A DNA stretch of 64,000 nucleotides. Source: Eledone cirrhosa (Eukaryota). The DNA lies in contig OZ024748.1 in assembly GCA_964016885.1 (NCBI GenBank), forward strand, positions 5,766,001 to 5,830,000. Reading direction: 5' to 3'. Under the pieces are notes generated by a model. It did not search any database and was not told the DNA's origin. It worked only from the letters and a program-made list of their open reading frames with translations. The stretch's first letter is position 1. Each line of letters opens with the position of its first letter. Positions 1 through 14,388 of this stretch are shown piece after piece. Made by a program: the position numbers and the translations under genes.

Positions 1-242
1 CAGAATGTGTTATGTTGTATTTAGAAATGTAGAAAGTGAAAAATTATGAATGGGAACAATATTCATAATCATAATAGTAAACATCGGGATATTTTTGGCC
101 ACAAAGTGTAAACAAACGGCTAGAATTAAAGATGTAGTCATCCCAGAACAAATGACTAGAATAATAGTTGACTGCTATAAATAATATGTCACAAAGTCGA
201 GTACATATTTTTAGTGATAGATATCTATCATTATATATATAT

Positions 243-496
243 AGGTACCAGTAATGTACCGGGAAATTGCTGGCCTTGTGCCAATAGTAGAAACAATTAT
301 ATATATAGGTGGTGAATTGAGAGTATCGGTAGAAGGTCGGAAGCTATGCTTTGCAGCACAGTTACGTCCCTTTACGGACTGAGTTCAAATCCCGCTGAAG
401 TTAACTTTGCCTTTCATCCTTAGGAGGTCGATAAAATAAAGTACCAGTAATGCACTGGGAAATTGCTGGCCTTGTGTCATAAGTAGAAAGAATTAT

Positions 497-497
<1 letters not shown>
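243..497 (+). mobile_element. tRNA-derived SINE (family S1, Deu/Nin-like core): 3' fragment at 243-300 plus a full copy at 308-497
   Basis: Head GGTGGTGAATTGAGAGTATCGGTAGA (A-box-like), B-box GAGTTCAAATCC, core GCCTTTCATCCT..GGTCGATAAAATAAAGTACCAGT, tail GCTGGCCTTGTG..AAGTAGAAA then (TA)n. Matches copies at 52655, 62158 and others in this window. Confidence 0.85.
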
Positions 498-574
<77 letters not shown>

Positions 575-673
575 GTGTGCATGTGTATGTAAAAGGTAAA
601 CAGAAATAACAACACAATCGGTACATTATACGGAAGGAATATATTAGGTTAACGCTTGAATAACAGGAACAGG

Positions 674-706
674 GTCATAACGTTTCGGACGCTAGTCCTT
701 CATCAG
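674..706 (-). ncRNA. Minimal hammerhead ribozyme motif (Penelope pLTR type, family B)
   Basis: Minus strand CTGATGA-A-GGAC(TAGC)GTCC-GAAACGTTA-TGAC: intact core, 4-bp stem II, palindromic AACGTT stem III. The 5' strand of stem I does not pair in this copy. Confidence 0.65.
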
Positions 707-1234
707 AAGAAAGAATGAGAAATAAGATAGATTAAGCGTACAATATATATATACTCAAGGAGTTGTGTTTCCTCATTGCCTTAATAAGATCAGATAAACG
801 AAGTACCCACACTCATGCACATTGTGTGTTAGCTCATAACAGCGGCTGAGGAAGTGAATAAGTATCGTCACATGTAGAAAATGTCTCCAAATGGAATTTG
901 AGGTAAATATATATTACTCATTATATATGGTAGCTTTGAATTACAATTCTGTCGCCTGTTAAAATTACATGCTCTCTTGTTCATAACCCAGATTACATGT
1001 TGAATATTGCTTTCTCAAGGACAGATTATTTCACATACACAGATCAATATTGTAACGTGTGGGTGTTTCCCTCCCTAACATTGTCTCATTACACACACAC
1101 ACACATATATATATACATTTATATATCTATGTATATAAACATAAATATCTATAGATATATTAATATCTATAATAACAAGCACACATAAGCTAACCAATAC
1201 ATACACAAACTCAAATGCAATCAAACATATATAA

Positions 1235-1272
<38 letters not shown>

Positions 1273-1294
1273 CAAACTAGAACACTTTATTATA

Positions 1295-1344
<50 letters not shown>

Positions 1345-1893
1345 AATATCAAATGTTATCGATATCAATAACTGTTGATGTAATTAGGTTGTTTTAACAA
1401 TAGATTTAACCTTTGTTATATTTTATTTCATTTTTAGTCACTGTATTAATAAAATGTTATTTATTGTAATATAATTGGATGAATATCCCTTTTACATAAT
1501 TATATGTATACATATATGTATGTATACCGAGAGAGATAGATACACAAATTATATATATAGATATATATATATGGATTTATACTTGATGTATATATCTATA
1601 TATATATCTATATATCTAAAAGTACAAACACATATGTATATGTTTGTGTGTATGTATGTATCTGTTATAGATGAATAAAATATGAAGTATTTCAGCAAAT
1701 TAAATGTTCTGTTTTTTATCCTCATAAATCGATGTTTTGTAGTTAACAATGAAGAGAAAATATACATTTGTCTCTGCTTCATGTTTGTGCATATGTGTTT
1801 AGTATTAAATCCGTGACCACAAACATAAATGTATATATATATATAGATGTTTGTATGTATAAATATATACTTCGTTTAAACACGCTCACACAA

Positions 1894-1930
<37 letters not shown>

Positions 1931-2098
1931 GATAGATAGATAAATATACACGGGTGTGTATGTTTGTGTATAGAAGATTATATTAATAAAAGGAATTCCA
2001 ACTTTGTCTGATTTACTCGTTTTATTTACAATCCTTTAAAATTTATAATGGTATTAGAATGAAATAGTATGGTAGAATATTAACGGTTAAGTGTTAAT

Positions 2099-2137
2099 TG
2101 AACAAGTACTTTCATGCTTTCGCAATCTTCAGGTTCA
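2099..2137 (-). ncRNA. Minimal hammerhead ribozyme (left arm)
   Basis: Minus strand TGAAC-CTGAAGA-T-TGC(GAAA)GCA-T-GAAA-GTAC-TT-GTTCA: stem I TGAAC/GTTCA, stem II with GNRA loop, palindromic AGTACT stem III. Confidence 0.75.
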
Positions 2138-2193
2138 TATTCAGTTGAAAATTGTCAGTTAAAAATTGCAAACTTGACTGTCACCACACAATA

Positions 2194-2232
2194 TGTACCT
2201 GAAGATTGCGAATGCAGGAAAGTACTTGTTCA
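2194..2232 (+). ncRNA. Minimal hammerhead ribozyme (right arm)
   Basis: TGTAC-CTGAAGA-TTGC(GAAT)GCAG-GAAA-GTAC-TT-GTTCA, one stem I mismatch. Confidence 0.7.
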
Positions 2233-3064
2233 ATTAACACTTAACATTTAATATTCTACCATAATATTTCATTATAATACCATTATAAATTTTAAAGGAT
2301 TGTAAATAAAACGAGTAAATCAGACAAAGTTGGAATTCCTTTTATTAATATATATATATATATATTCAATGGAGGGAAACTTTCCAGGTACAAAAACATG
2401 GCCATCAGTGACCGTTTTGGGCCTTAAAACAGCGACACACGCACACACACACTCACACATACACATGCACACACACAGACACACACACAAAAACACACAC
2501 ACACTTCATGGACCAGGCACCCCTACGTGCATAACTTTCATTTTCGTACCTACACACTCTGTGTTATGAAAATATTTATTTTGTGAAATTTTATATCTAA
2601 TATATACTATTTGATACTTTTTTAAAGTCGTAAATCACCGTAAAACTGTATATATATTTCACAATTATCTATTTGACGGTGTTATAAAGATCATTGAGAA
2701 CGTTTCACCCTGCTCGAATTAATAGTCAAATATTTTCAGATCAAAATATATTGCCTTAAAAATGGAGAATATCGGCTTTATATAAGTTTGTGAATTAGCA
2801 GATTCATACTGCATTAGAGTAAATGCTTTGAGGCATTTATTCCAGCTTACTCTATATTGAGTTCAATGTTGCCTTTTGTTGTTTCAGTATTTGCAACATT
2901 GGAAAGTTGAAATGTTTTTGAAACCAGCCTGCTTACCCGTGAATAAACTGGAGTTAAACAAAAACATTAGTAACACTCTCTATGATATGCTATTCTTAAT
3001 TAAATATATTCTTAATTATACAACAACGGCAAGAATCACTATACATTATATCGAAAAGGATTTC

Positions 3065-3202
3065 CAGCGTAGTTACGTCCCTTTACGATCTGAGTTCAAA
3101 TCCCGCCGATGTTAACTTTGCCTTTCATCCTTACGGGGTCGATAAAATAAAGTACCAGTAATGTACTGGTAATTTGCTGGCCTTGTTCCAAAAGTAGAAA
3201 CA
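3065..3202 (+). mobile_element. 5'-truncated SINE S1 with a 20-bp target-site duplication
   Basis: S1 body and tail, flanked by ATTATATCGAAAAGG(A/C)TTTC at 3045-3064 and 3203-3222. Confidence 0.85.
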
Positions 3203-3829
3203 ATTATATCGAAAAGGCTTTCGATATTTTTCGAAAACGTAACATAAACATGAATCCCCAATTAAACTAGATTTTGTTGGGATTTGGGTTATATTTAACA
3301 CCGGGTCATTGATGTTCAACCCAGACACATGATCAAAGTGTTTCGCACCGTGTTAGCTCCGTCATATTCACAGCACATTAAGGACTAGAGTCACCAATAT
3401 CTGACCATCTAATTTTGTTGTTCTTTTTCACAAAGATTAAGGTATGATTTCAGAAAGATTTCGCTTGAATTTCTAATCAGGAAACCATTCTTCTGTTCTT
3501 CAACAAAAACTACATTCCAGCTTCTTTTATTTTGATATTATTTATCTGTTATTGTCCGTGTTTTTTTCTTTCTGTATTTATGTTTCAATTAATTTTCTTT
3601 TGGTGTTTTCTTGTTTATTATTTTGTGTTATTTTGTCTGTATATTACATTATTTCTCTATCTCTCTTTCTTCACCTCTCTCTATATTTTTTTCTATCCCA
3701 CTATATCCATTCATATTCTTCTTAGGTTTTGTGAAAAAAACAACAACGGCTTCAGTTGTTTCCACAATACATATATACATATATATATACATATTCATAT
3801 ACTTATATACATAGACACATGCATATGTA

Positions 3830-3871
<42 letters not shown>

Positions 3872-3930
3872 TGTGTCTATGTATATAAGTATATGAATAT
3901 GTATATGTATGTATATATGTATCTGTGTGA

Positions 3931-3983
<53 letters not shown>

Positions 3984-4423
3984 AACAAACGTACATATCG
4001 TAAAACCTAAACATAAAACAATACGGATGTAAACAGCTAAATCATGGCGTGCGTATTGATTAATTTGCAGTCTTCAGAAGTCCATAGCCTATTTCAAGAG
4101 ATTGATATATCCACACATACACAATCAACCCCCCAACACTATCACCACCAATGTCACCACCACTGTCACAACCACCACCATCACAACCTTCACTGCCTCC
4201 TCCACCAACGTTATCACCAGCATCCTCCATCGTCTTCTGCATCACCACTCCCACCACCGCCATCACCGTCCTAAGTAGTTTTTCTGAAGACATGGACTTT
4301 TCTTCACTAATAACATTTCATTATCTACTTACACATACGTCGGTATTATTTACGGGGTTGTGATCTCCTTGAAAGCCAGTTGTTGTTGGCCATTATAACA
4401 GATAGAAAAAGAAAGAACAAAGC

Positions 4424-4470
<47 letters not shown>

Positions 4471-4527
4471 CATAAATATATATATATATATATATATACA
4501 TAAATATATATATATATATATATATAC

Positions 4528-4610
<83 letters not shown>

Positions 4611-4629
4611 CATAAATATATATATATGG

Positions 4630-4691
<62 letters not shown>

Positions 4692-4832
4692 GGGGGGGGG
4701 GGTATGTGAGTGTGTTTCTGTGTGACTTATATATATGTGTGTGTATATACATTCTTATATTTTCATACGAGATTCTATGCACAAGCACACACACATATAC
4801 ACACATATATACATATACATACATATATACAT

Positions 4833-4933
<101 letters not shown>

Positions 4934-5294
4934 ATGTATATATCTCGGAAAATAATACAATATATGAATGGATGAATGATTGAATAAAATAACAAGCAGT
5001 TGTTGGATAATGATAGAATTTCCTGTGAAATATTCCTGTAATCATGATTAGCAGACAATTTTGGTAAGTCTCTAAGTGGCCCTACACACACAGGAAAACG
5101 GTGATATTCTTTTCTATCGTCTTTTCTTTTGTTTCATAGAACAGAATAGAAAATGCCTGAGCTAGTGTGATATATACATATGTATATGTTTATATATGTA
5201 CATACATACATATGTATATATATCTATATATATATATGCAAAAATCTATATATATATATTTAAATACATACATCCTCTCATATAAATATATAAG

Positions 5295-5326
<32 letters not shown>

Positions 5327-6894
5327 TATACATCTATTTATCTATATTTATATGTGTGTATAGAGAGAGAGAGAGCGGGGGAGTCAAACACCAAGAGTGA
5401 GAGAGAGAGAGTTTGAAAGAGAATGCTAAGGGGGATGAGGAAAAGAAGGGAGAAAAATCATTTAGCTCTACAATGACAAATATGCTAGTATTACGATCAA
5501 AATGGCAGTTAACAATTTCTTATATAACGCTAATGTTTCATCGCCTGTTAATGTAGTGCTAGGGAATATGCGAGATTGGATAATTTCATAACGGCTGTTG
5601 TTTCAATAACTTAGCTTCTATTCATAAAAGCCAGTATTAGCCTTTTTCCTCTTCTTGACAGCTTACTATAGTATATTGTTTGAAAACTATATTGTTAGCA
5701 CCACTTGCCTTTGTAGAAGATGAATAGCGACAAAAATAAAAAGAAAAAATTATCAAGGCTATGATCAAAACCTGATTTTACGAACGTCTTGGGAATTTCG
5801 GTATAAAATTGGTCTTCTCAGCATAGCCTTACATTCTTTTACTGCTAAAGTTCATTAATGGAAAATAACGGTTGATTTTCAGCAGAGTTTTCTGTCTTTA
5901 ACTAGTAGCTATGAATTTTCTTGTGAATTTTATATCTATTTTTACCAATTTCGACATTCGGACAGATGCTTACACAAATTCTGTATCATTAAATCTATTA
6001 CAGATGGGATCAAATCAAATTGACCAGAAACTATTGTAAATCGCAAGACTGCACTGAAAATAAAACTGCTGCAATACAGAGATTGCGGCTCGGGTTCAAG
6101 TCTCAGTCTGCAACAAACAGAATGACTTGGTTTGAAATATTAACCATTGATTCATATGTTTATAGGTAAAAGCAATAGACAGACAAAATTGGTGTAGACA
6201 TGAGTGTAATAGAATGCGAAGGGTGAAGAGAATTGTGAATACCTCGAAGATGGATAGAGTTAAGGATGTATAAATTGCAGGCGCTGAAATGTATTATTCA
6301 GATACATTTGTTGTTGAACAGCAGTATACAACAATGAAAGTATTGTTTGAAAATATATTCGCAATTTTAGCGAACTGAGACCATTTTATACATTCGTAAT
6401 TATTGAACCGAGTACAACTTTGTATTTCAACATCTCGATAAAAAGTAAATTAGCAATAGGAGTATTGGAGTTGATTCTTCCTATCTATCTCTTTCTCACT
6501 CCCTCTCTTTCTCATTCTCCCTATGTAAAAAAAAAATGGATGCGCTCAGACCTGGAGAGGGAAAGCGATCTAGAATGTCTCAAATACCCAAGAAAAGCTG
6601 GATATCACTGCATTGTTCCTACGAATAGAGCAGGAATTAAAGACTCATACATACATGCAATAATGGTTTCAGAGTTCCTTAAAACTGTAAGTTTCAAAAA
6701 GGGAGTGTATCTCATTCGAAGCAGAAAACAGATCTACAATGATACCATTCGAACACGACGAGATTTAAACTCAGATTATATAACGATGTACATAAATACC
6801 ACAAGTCACCGTTTCAATGTTTCGGGCAACTATCAAATAGCATTGAGTTTCCCGAATACAATGGATTTTTATCGGGGATCTTCAAGGTCAGATA

Positions 6895-7070
6895 TTTTCA
6901 ATGGGGATTGAGGGGAAGGTAACCTATTATGTTATTCCCAATACTTTAAATTTATTCCATCTGCACACGAAGGGATGAAAGTTAAAGTCGACCCGAAAGG
7001 TGATTTCAAAAAGGAACCTTAAATAAAATCGCAATTAAACATCGCACGGCATTTGGTCCGACACTATACC
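6895..7070 (-). mobile_element. Degenerate S1-related SINE
   Basis: TACTTTAAATTTAT..GAAGGGATGAAAGTTAAAGTCGACC..GATTTCAA..GGCATTTGGTCCGACACT resembles the reverse complement of S1. Confidence 0.5.
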
Positions 7071-8749
7071 CTTTTTTTCTTCAAAAAATAATACAAACAA
7101 GACTGTTTAATAATTCTTCTATTAACATGCTGTATAAAAGAGAAGGTATAGCTTTTTTCTTCTCCACTAATTTCTTTATTATTATCATTTCTATTGTTAT
7201 TACTGTTATTATTATCATTATTATTTTAGTTTATTTTTTTGTTTTCTGTTATTGTTTAATTCATTTATAATTTTTGCTCTTTTGTATGTGTTGATAAATG
7301 TTAACGAAGCACTTGAATAACTGTACTTAAATAACATGCAATCAATCTCGAAACATGGGGCGCCTGATCGATAAGATTTCTATTGATCTCTTACACACAA
7401 GCCAGGGGGTCAATTTCCTCATTTACAGATATTATATGCTAATTAGTTTACGGGTGGAAAGTATTTTAAGCTGTTTAAATTTTTTTCTTCTCATTTACGT
7501 TTTTTGTCCTCTCTCACTCTCTTCCAAAAATCGTATATAGTTGTTGTTGTTATTGTTTGATAGTTTATTCCATTATTTGCAATATTTTCTTGACATTAAC
7601 TCCAAAACAATTAACCTTCCTTTGCCAAGACGTTAATCTTATGACCAGGCACTTCGCTGCTAATTCTAAGTAAAATTTCAGTTTTTTTTTCAGAAGTTGA
7701 CATTATGAAGACATCTGGTTTGAATGAAGTTAGTCAAGTCTACCGAAGCAGATTTCAGGATTGTCACTAGAGCATGAGAGGGACTATAACTTGCAACATG
7801 TATTTCGGCTCTCTGCAGTCTGAGTTCGAATCATATTTACCAAACTCAACATTACATTTCTTCGCTTCGAGTTTGATTAACAACTATGAATCGATTACCA
7901 AGTGGCAAAATCAACAGAACAATCGCTAGAATATGAGTTGCATTCAGTAGATATTTCACTGTGTTTCTTCCCTTCGTTCACGGTAAAGAAAGTATTTGAT
8001 ACAATTCCTTGCTATATATGTCTTAGACATGTGTAGATGTTATATTTAAGCACTCTCACTATAAAATATGCACACACACACATATATATATATATGAGTA
8101 TTTTTTGTATATATGTATGTACGTAGGTAAAGGCTTACGGAAACCAAAATCTCTTAACACCGTGTTTGGTATTATACCTCTCTCTCTCTCTCTCTCATAT
8201 TTATTTATTTGTGTGTGTAGACATAGCTTTATTATTAATGGGTTCATTAAATGTAAAAATTTAATGATTATATATATATATGTATATATATTTATGTGTG
8301 TGTGAGTGGGTGTATTTCATCATTCTAAAATGAAGTATACTTTCACACATTATAGGTATTGTGATACCAGGTCTATTGTTTCCCTCTTTTAATCTCACAC
8401 TATATCCCTATATTTCTAATTTCCATCTTACTTCTTCTCGTTCCAATATTTGTGTAGGTAAATAACACAATCACAGAAATATTTGTGACCTGAAATTGAA
8501 AAGCATAACACGATAAGGTATTTGATAGATCACTACTGCCATTGCTACCTATTCTTACTATATTACATTCTCACACACATCCTCTCTAACGCTTCTGTCG
8601 TGACTATCATTGCGTTGACACATCTCACTACAAACGTTTTCTCACTTTCATTCTCTATATTTTTCAATGTTTGTTTGTCAGTCTCTCTCTCTCCCACACA
8701 CATATTCATACACCTACACACACATTTATACATACATACACACACACAC

Positions 8750-8846
<97 letters not shown>

Positions 8847-8885
8847 ATATGTATATAACGACCTGTCTTTGACAATATAATTCTG

Positions 8886-8981
<96 letters not shown>

Positions 8982-9165
8982 GAGAGAGAGAGAGAGAGGA
9001 GAGGGGGGAGAGAGAATGTATAACTGTTTATCTTTCGTTCTACAAAATTCAATTTGATTGTCAAACAATAAAATACCTGATTGGAAAGTAAACATATGTT
9101 GATTGCTTACAAGGTCCAAATACATAGACACGCGCCCACACAGACACATTCTTACACATACAGGA

Positions 9166-9259
<94 letters not shown>

Positions 9260-9326
9260 AATATATATATGTTAAATAAATATGCACTTTTGCACTGTCT
9301 ATTTTCGCTTGTGCGTCTTTCGATAA

Positions 9327-9410
<84 letters not shown>

Positions 9411-9454
9411 TATAAATATATATATAGAGAGAAAGAGATGTACATATATATATG

Positions 9455-9485
<31 letters not shown>

Positions 9486-9947
9486 ATACATGCATAACAG
9501 AACCAGAGAATGCACAGCTACTTAGGTTGTTACAAACACTGTCCATTAATGGAAATGTAAAATTATTTAAAACTTTTAAGAAATTCAGCTTTGAATAACT
9601 GCATACACATGTGTACAGATACAGAAACATTGCACAGAAACATACAGATCCACAAACGCAAGAACATCATAACACCACACACACACACACACACATATAA
9701 CACATTCAGACATACGTAGGTATTTGCCTAGTTTATGTTATTTAAATTGCAAGGAAAGTGTCTTGTTTCCATGTTAGTATCCGGCTCTCTCCCTCTTGGA
9801 GAAAATGTAACATATGTGATAGTCAGAAGGAAATCTATCTATATATTCATATATATATATATATATATATATGAATTGATACTTACATATATGGGTGTAT
9901 ATAAGGAGTGCATGCATAAATATAAATATATATATATATATATATAC

Positions 9948-10127
9948 GATATTAATAAATGGAAACTATATTTATAAAACCATATCTATTTCATGATACA
10001 TATTTCAGGGATACCACATTAAACTATGGTATGCCTTCATCAGACAAAATACAATATATAACAGCTTTACAAATAGGTTTGACGTACCCTTTAAAATACA
10101 ACCATTACTTTTGGAGGCTGTCTGGAT
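9948..10127 (-). mobile_element. Short TA-flanked element, family A copy 1, with HHR at 9989-10049
   Basis: Homologous to 14153-14333. Minus strand TTTTGT-CTGATGA-AGGCATACCATA(GTTTAA)TGTGGTATCCCT-GAAA-TATGTA-TC-ATGAAA. Confidence 0.8.
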
Positions 10128-10162
10128 ATTGATTTGTTTATATAATAAGTCATAGTGTTAAG

Positions 10163-10234
<72 letters not shown>

Positions 10235-10391
10235 CTCCTTATTAACGGATAGTAGAGAATCGCGGAATCACCTGATATAGGATTATAAAAGAATTGAATT
10301 CATTCAACAACTAGCTGACATACATATATATAAATGCGTGTCTGTGACGATAATTGCTATACGTACATATACACATACATAGATATATGTA

Positions 10392-10493
<102 letters not shown>

Positions 10494-10896
10494 GAAATAT
10501 GTAAGTATGTATGTATATACATTATTTTCGCTTATATTATTTCTTAATATTTCTGCACTGTTCCCGAAAGAGAAACAAAGTCAATATATTAGTTCTGTCA
10601 ATCCTATGTGTGTATTTTCAGGATTATTTTCCTGTTTCATTGCCTTATTCAGGGCGTTCTTTGGTAAGCTTCAACTTAAACACCTTTCAAGTTCACGCCA
10701 CTATACACAATTGCTTCGAAACAGACCATTCTACGTATAATAAGAAAATGCATTACAATCATTCGATTGAGACCACGCATATATATATATATATATATAT
10801 ATATACACGCACATATATATAAATATATATACACCTAAACAAAAACATATATATACATAATCACACATACACACACACACACACATATATATATAC

Positions 10897-11035
<139 letters not shown>

Positions 11036-11761
11036 AATATTTGTGTATGTTTTGTATATATTTTTGTGTATATATTGAACCTACTTTTTAAGGTATATTT
11101 AACATTTTCTATTTTCTACCTTACTTTCTCCATAATGGAATAGAATTATGTATTTATATATATATATATATATTTATACATATATATATATATTTATACA
11201 TGCAGAGATACATGCAAGCAAACATACTTTTATATATATATATACATATGTATATTTTCATATGCACGCTTACATATACACACATACAGTTAAACGTATA
11301 TCTCTGTGTATGTGAATCGTACAGCCAGTCACACAATGCTTCACATCTATACGGTGTGTCAGAACGAGATACGAAAGTACAAAATCACATCCGAACAAAC
11401 ACTCAAGAGGCCATCGACTCCTTTATTTCAATCGGATATTTGCAATACTTTATCAATCAATGTATTGATTACGATATATTACAATATATCATAGAATGAC
11501 ACATCGTCCAGTGAATCTATACCACGGTCAAATATCGACCCACCATCAGTCGCTTCAGCCGATTAATTTTGCTATTGACCACATATATTTCTCATTATTC
11601 CAGACTTGACCAACATAGAGAGTTTCGTGGTTTGTTCTTGCAAGTCTTCCAGGCTCGACTCAGCGTGAATCAGGAGAAGAGGGGGAGGAACAATGATATG
11701 GAAGTTCACATATATCTATTCTATGAACTAACAAATACATATATATACATACACACACCGC

Positions 11762-11819
<58 letters not shown>

Positions 11820-11849
11820 AGAGAGAGAGTGAGTGTGTGAGTGTGTGTC

Positions 11850-11893
<44 letters not shown>

Positions 11894-11904
11894 TGTGTAA
11901 AGAA

Positions 11905-12030
11905 AGTGTGTTAAGGAACCAGGCGGACCATAATACACCAGAATACTCGATACTTAGGGTAGTAGAGTGGGTAATAGGAAAAGAGTCAGGACCCGACGGC
12001 TGAGCTCCGGCTGTTTCGACAGCTAGATCC
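11905..12030 (-). mobile_element. Family C pLTR-like element (3' half of an HHR)
   Basis: AAGGAACCAGGCGGACCATAATACACCAGAATACTCGATACTTAGGGTAGTAGAGTGGG...ACCCGACGGCTGAGCTCCGGCTGTTTCGAC, homologous to 23679, 42610, 43000 and 53919. Confidence 0.75.
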
Positions 12031-12556
12031 AAAATAACCCAGCAGTATATATGTATGTATGTATGTATGTATGTAGGTATGTATGTATGTATGTATGTAT
12101 GTGTGTATGTATGTATGTATGTATGTATGTATGTATGTATGTATGTATGTATGTATGTATGTATGTATGTATGCATGTATGTTTCGTTCGTATTCGGGAG
12201 GGTAAGCCTCTAGTTTGTTTCGTTGTATATCGATTTCTGACTAGGAATTATTGTAGGTAGGGTTTAGTGGTAGATTCCAGTACAGTTCCAACTATGTGAT
12301 GCGGTTGTAGACACTGCGTTAGAATGTGAATAAAATGTAATACGACGGCTGCAGCCTGACGATATCCGTTGCTCACATGGCAGTAAAAGAAGCAGGCTTG
12401 TTGTTGTGTGAGATGTCAAGTGCATGGTTTTACTGGTGCCGTTTTAAATCTAATGTATGTCTGGTGAGGTAAGATAATGTTCGGCAGTGTTGACTGTTTT
12501 TTTGTCATTTGCATAAAATCATTTTGTGAACAGATTGTCATTGGTCTAGACTTAAG

Positions 12557-12598
<42 letters not shown>

Positions 12599-12729
12599 TC
12601 ATTTCAAGTTCAGCGTTCTTTGTGGAAGACCACTGGCCGCATATGAATGCAATTCTCCCCTCTCCACGCCAGTAGTGTTGACCAGGGAACAAAACAAAGG
12701 TTGACCCAGCTTGGCACCAGTAACATTTT

Positions 12730-12876
12730 AACGTATTTCTACAGTTGAGTGGACTGAAGCAACGGCAAATAAAGTGTCTTGCCGAAGGACATAACGCACC
12801 ATCCTTTCCGAGAATTGAACACTAAATCTCATGCTTGGAAGCCCAACACCGTAACCCTTAAGTTATTTACCTTCAC
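12730..12876 (-). mobile_element. tRNA-derived SINE family S2 (CORE/Meta-like core)
   Basis: Reverse complement has GTTCAATTCTCGG (B-box) and GTCCTTCGGCAAGACACTTTATTT...CAGTCCACTCAACTGTAGAAAT. Homologous to 56297-56440. Confidence 0.7.
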
Positions 12877-12949
12877 ACAAACACACTAACAAACATACAT
12901 GCACACACATATATATATGTATATATATATATACTGTGTATATATATAT

Positions 12950-13054
12950 AATATAATATCAAAAGATGGTTAAAAGAGTTCCAAGAATTTTATTATGCGC
13001 ATTTCAAAAACAAATATCATCATGAGATGATATCTGCGTTTTAATCAGATAAAA
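12950..13054 (-). mobile_element. Family D element, single arm, with HHR at 12988-13054 (core mutated to CTGATTA)
   Basis: Homologous to the 22349-22547 arms. TTTTAT-CTGATTA-AAAC-GCAGATATCATC(TCAT)GATGATATTTGT-TTTT-GAAA-TGCGCATA-ATAAAA. Confidence 0.75.
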
Positions 13055-13137
13055 CAGAGATACATGATATGAAGCTTAAAAAACACTTGTGAATAGTGAA
13101 GTTTTAAATCAACATATATATATATATATGTATATAC

Positions 13138-13230
<93 letters not shown>

Positions 13231-14104
13231 ATAAACTGTGTATATATATATATATACTTATAAGACGCTCAGATATATAGATAGATATTTGAGTGGAAGT
13301 GTCTGTGTGCGTATGAGTGTATCTATTATCTATATATGTATATATTTATATAATCTCTTTAATAGCCAGCAGCCCTGTACATCTGGGTCTCAATACGAGT
13401 ACATTTCATCAGATTTTCTAAACGGTCGTCGCCATATTATTTTCACCTTTTTTTTTATTTTAAATATATTTTGAATTTTGTTATTTATTTCTTATTTTCT
13501 TCTTTCTTTTGGTGCAGATGATTGATATCGATCTGTCTGTTTCATCACACCAATGACTTTTAAGATATAGTGCGTTATTTCATCTTTAAAATGTTTATAT
13601 TTTAGTGAAAGTTACCCTGATAAAAATACCACTTGATAGATGTTTTTGCTTATGGTTGTTCTATTATAGTTGTTGGCGTTGTTGTTGTTGTTAAACTTGT
13701 TGATAGTGGTTTTATTGTTGTCGATGTTATTGTTGTTGTTGTTTAAGTCACTTGCCTAGGAGTGTGTTCAGATTTAGCAAACCTATGATTACAGATTTTC
13801 CTACCATGACTATTCCGTTTTGTACTTAATATTTTCGTTTCTTTTCTCCCTATACATATTCTAATACATATAATCACTGGATTGGCTGTATGTTGAAGGA
13901 GTTCGCATAGCAGGCTCATAATTTGGGGTTCAGATCTATCTTCTGAAAGTATTTTCTACTATAGCAACAGCTTGACTCAGTTACTATCAGCAAGAACAGT
14001 GATCGATTAGCTCGTCAGAAACAATAGAGATTAGATTCAGGATACCTACACAAATTCAGTGCTGAAACAAGTACCTCCTGCTTTAGTAATTAGAACTACG
14101 CACA

Positions 14105-14152
<48 letters not shown>

Positions 14153-14153
<1 letters not shown>

Positions 14154-14329
14154 GTTATTAACAAATGGAAACTATATTTATAAAACCATATTTATTGCAT
14201 TATACATATTTCAAGGACACCAAGTTAAATTATGGTGTGCTTTCATCAGATGAAATATAATATAGATCAGTTTTATAAATAAATATTGACATACCCTTAA
14301 AAAATGCAACCATTACTGTTCGAAGCTCC

Positions 14330-14333
<4 letters not shown>
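14153..14333 (-). mobile_element. Short element in a (TA)n tract, family A copy 2, with HHR at 14195-14255
   Basis: (TA)n on both sides. Minus strand TTTCAT-CTGATGA-AAGCACACCA..TGGTGTCCTT-GAAA-TATGTA-TA-ATGCAA. Confidence 0.8.

Positions 14334-14388
<55 letters not shown>

Larger units (their letters stand above)
1979..2352. mobile_element. Palindromic element with two inverted ~160-bp arms, each carrying an HHR (family E)
   Basis: 1979-2141 is the near-perfect reverse complement of 2190-2352, with a ~48-bp spacer. Right end runs into (TA)n. Confidence 0.85.

Noticed and set aside
841-890. CTGAGGA...GAAA on the + strand
   Set aside because: Stem II is not adjacent to GAAA and there is no stem I.
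6420-6911. 163-aa non-repetitive ORF
   Set aside because: TTG start, no recognisable motif, and it runs into a degenerate SINE.
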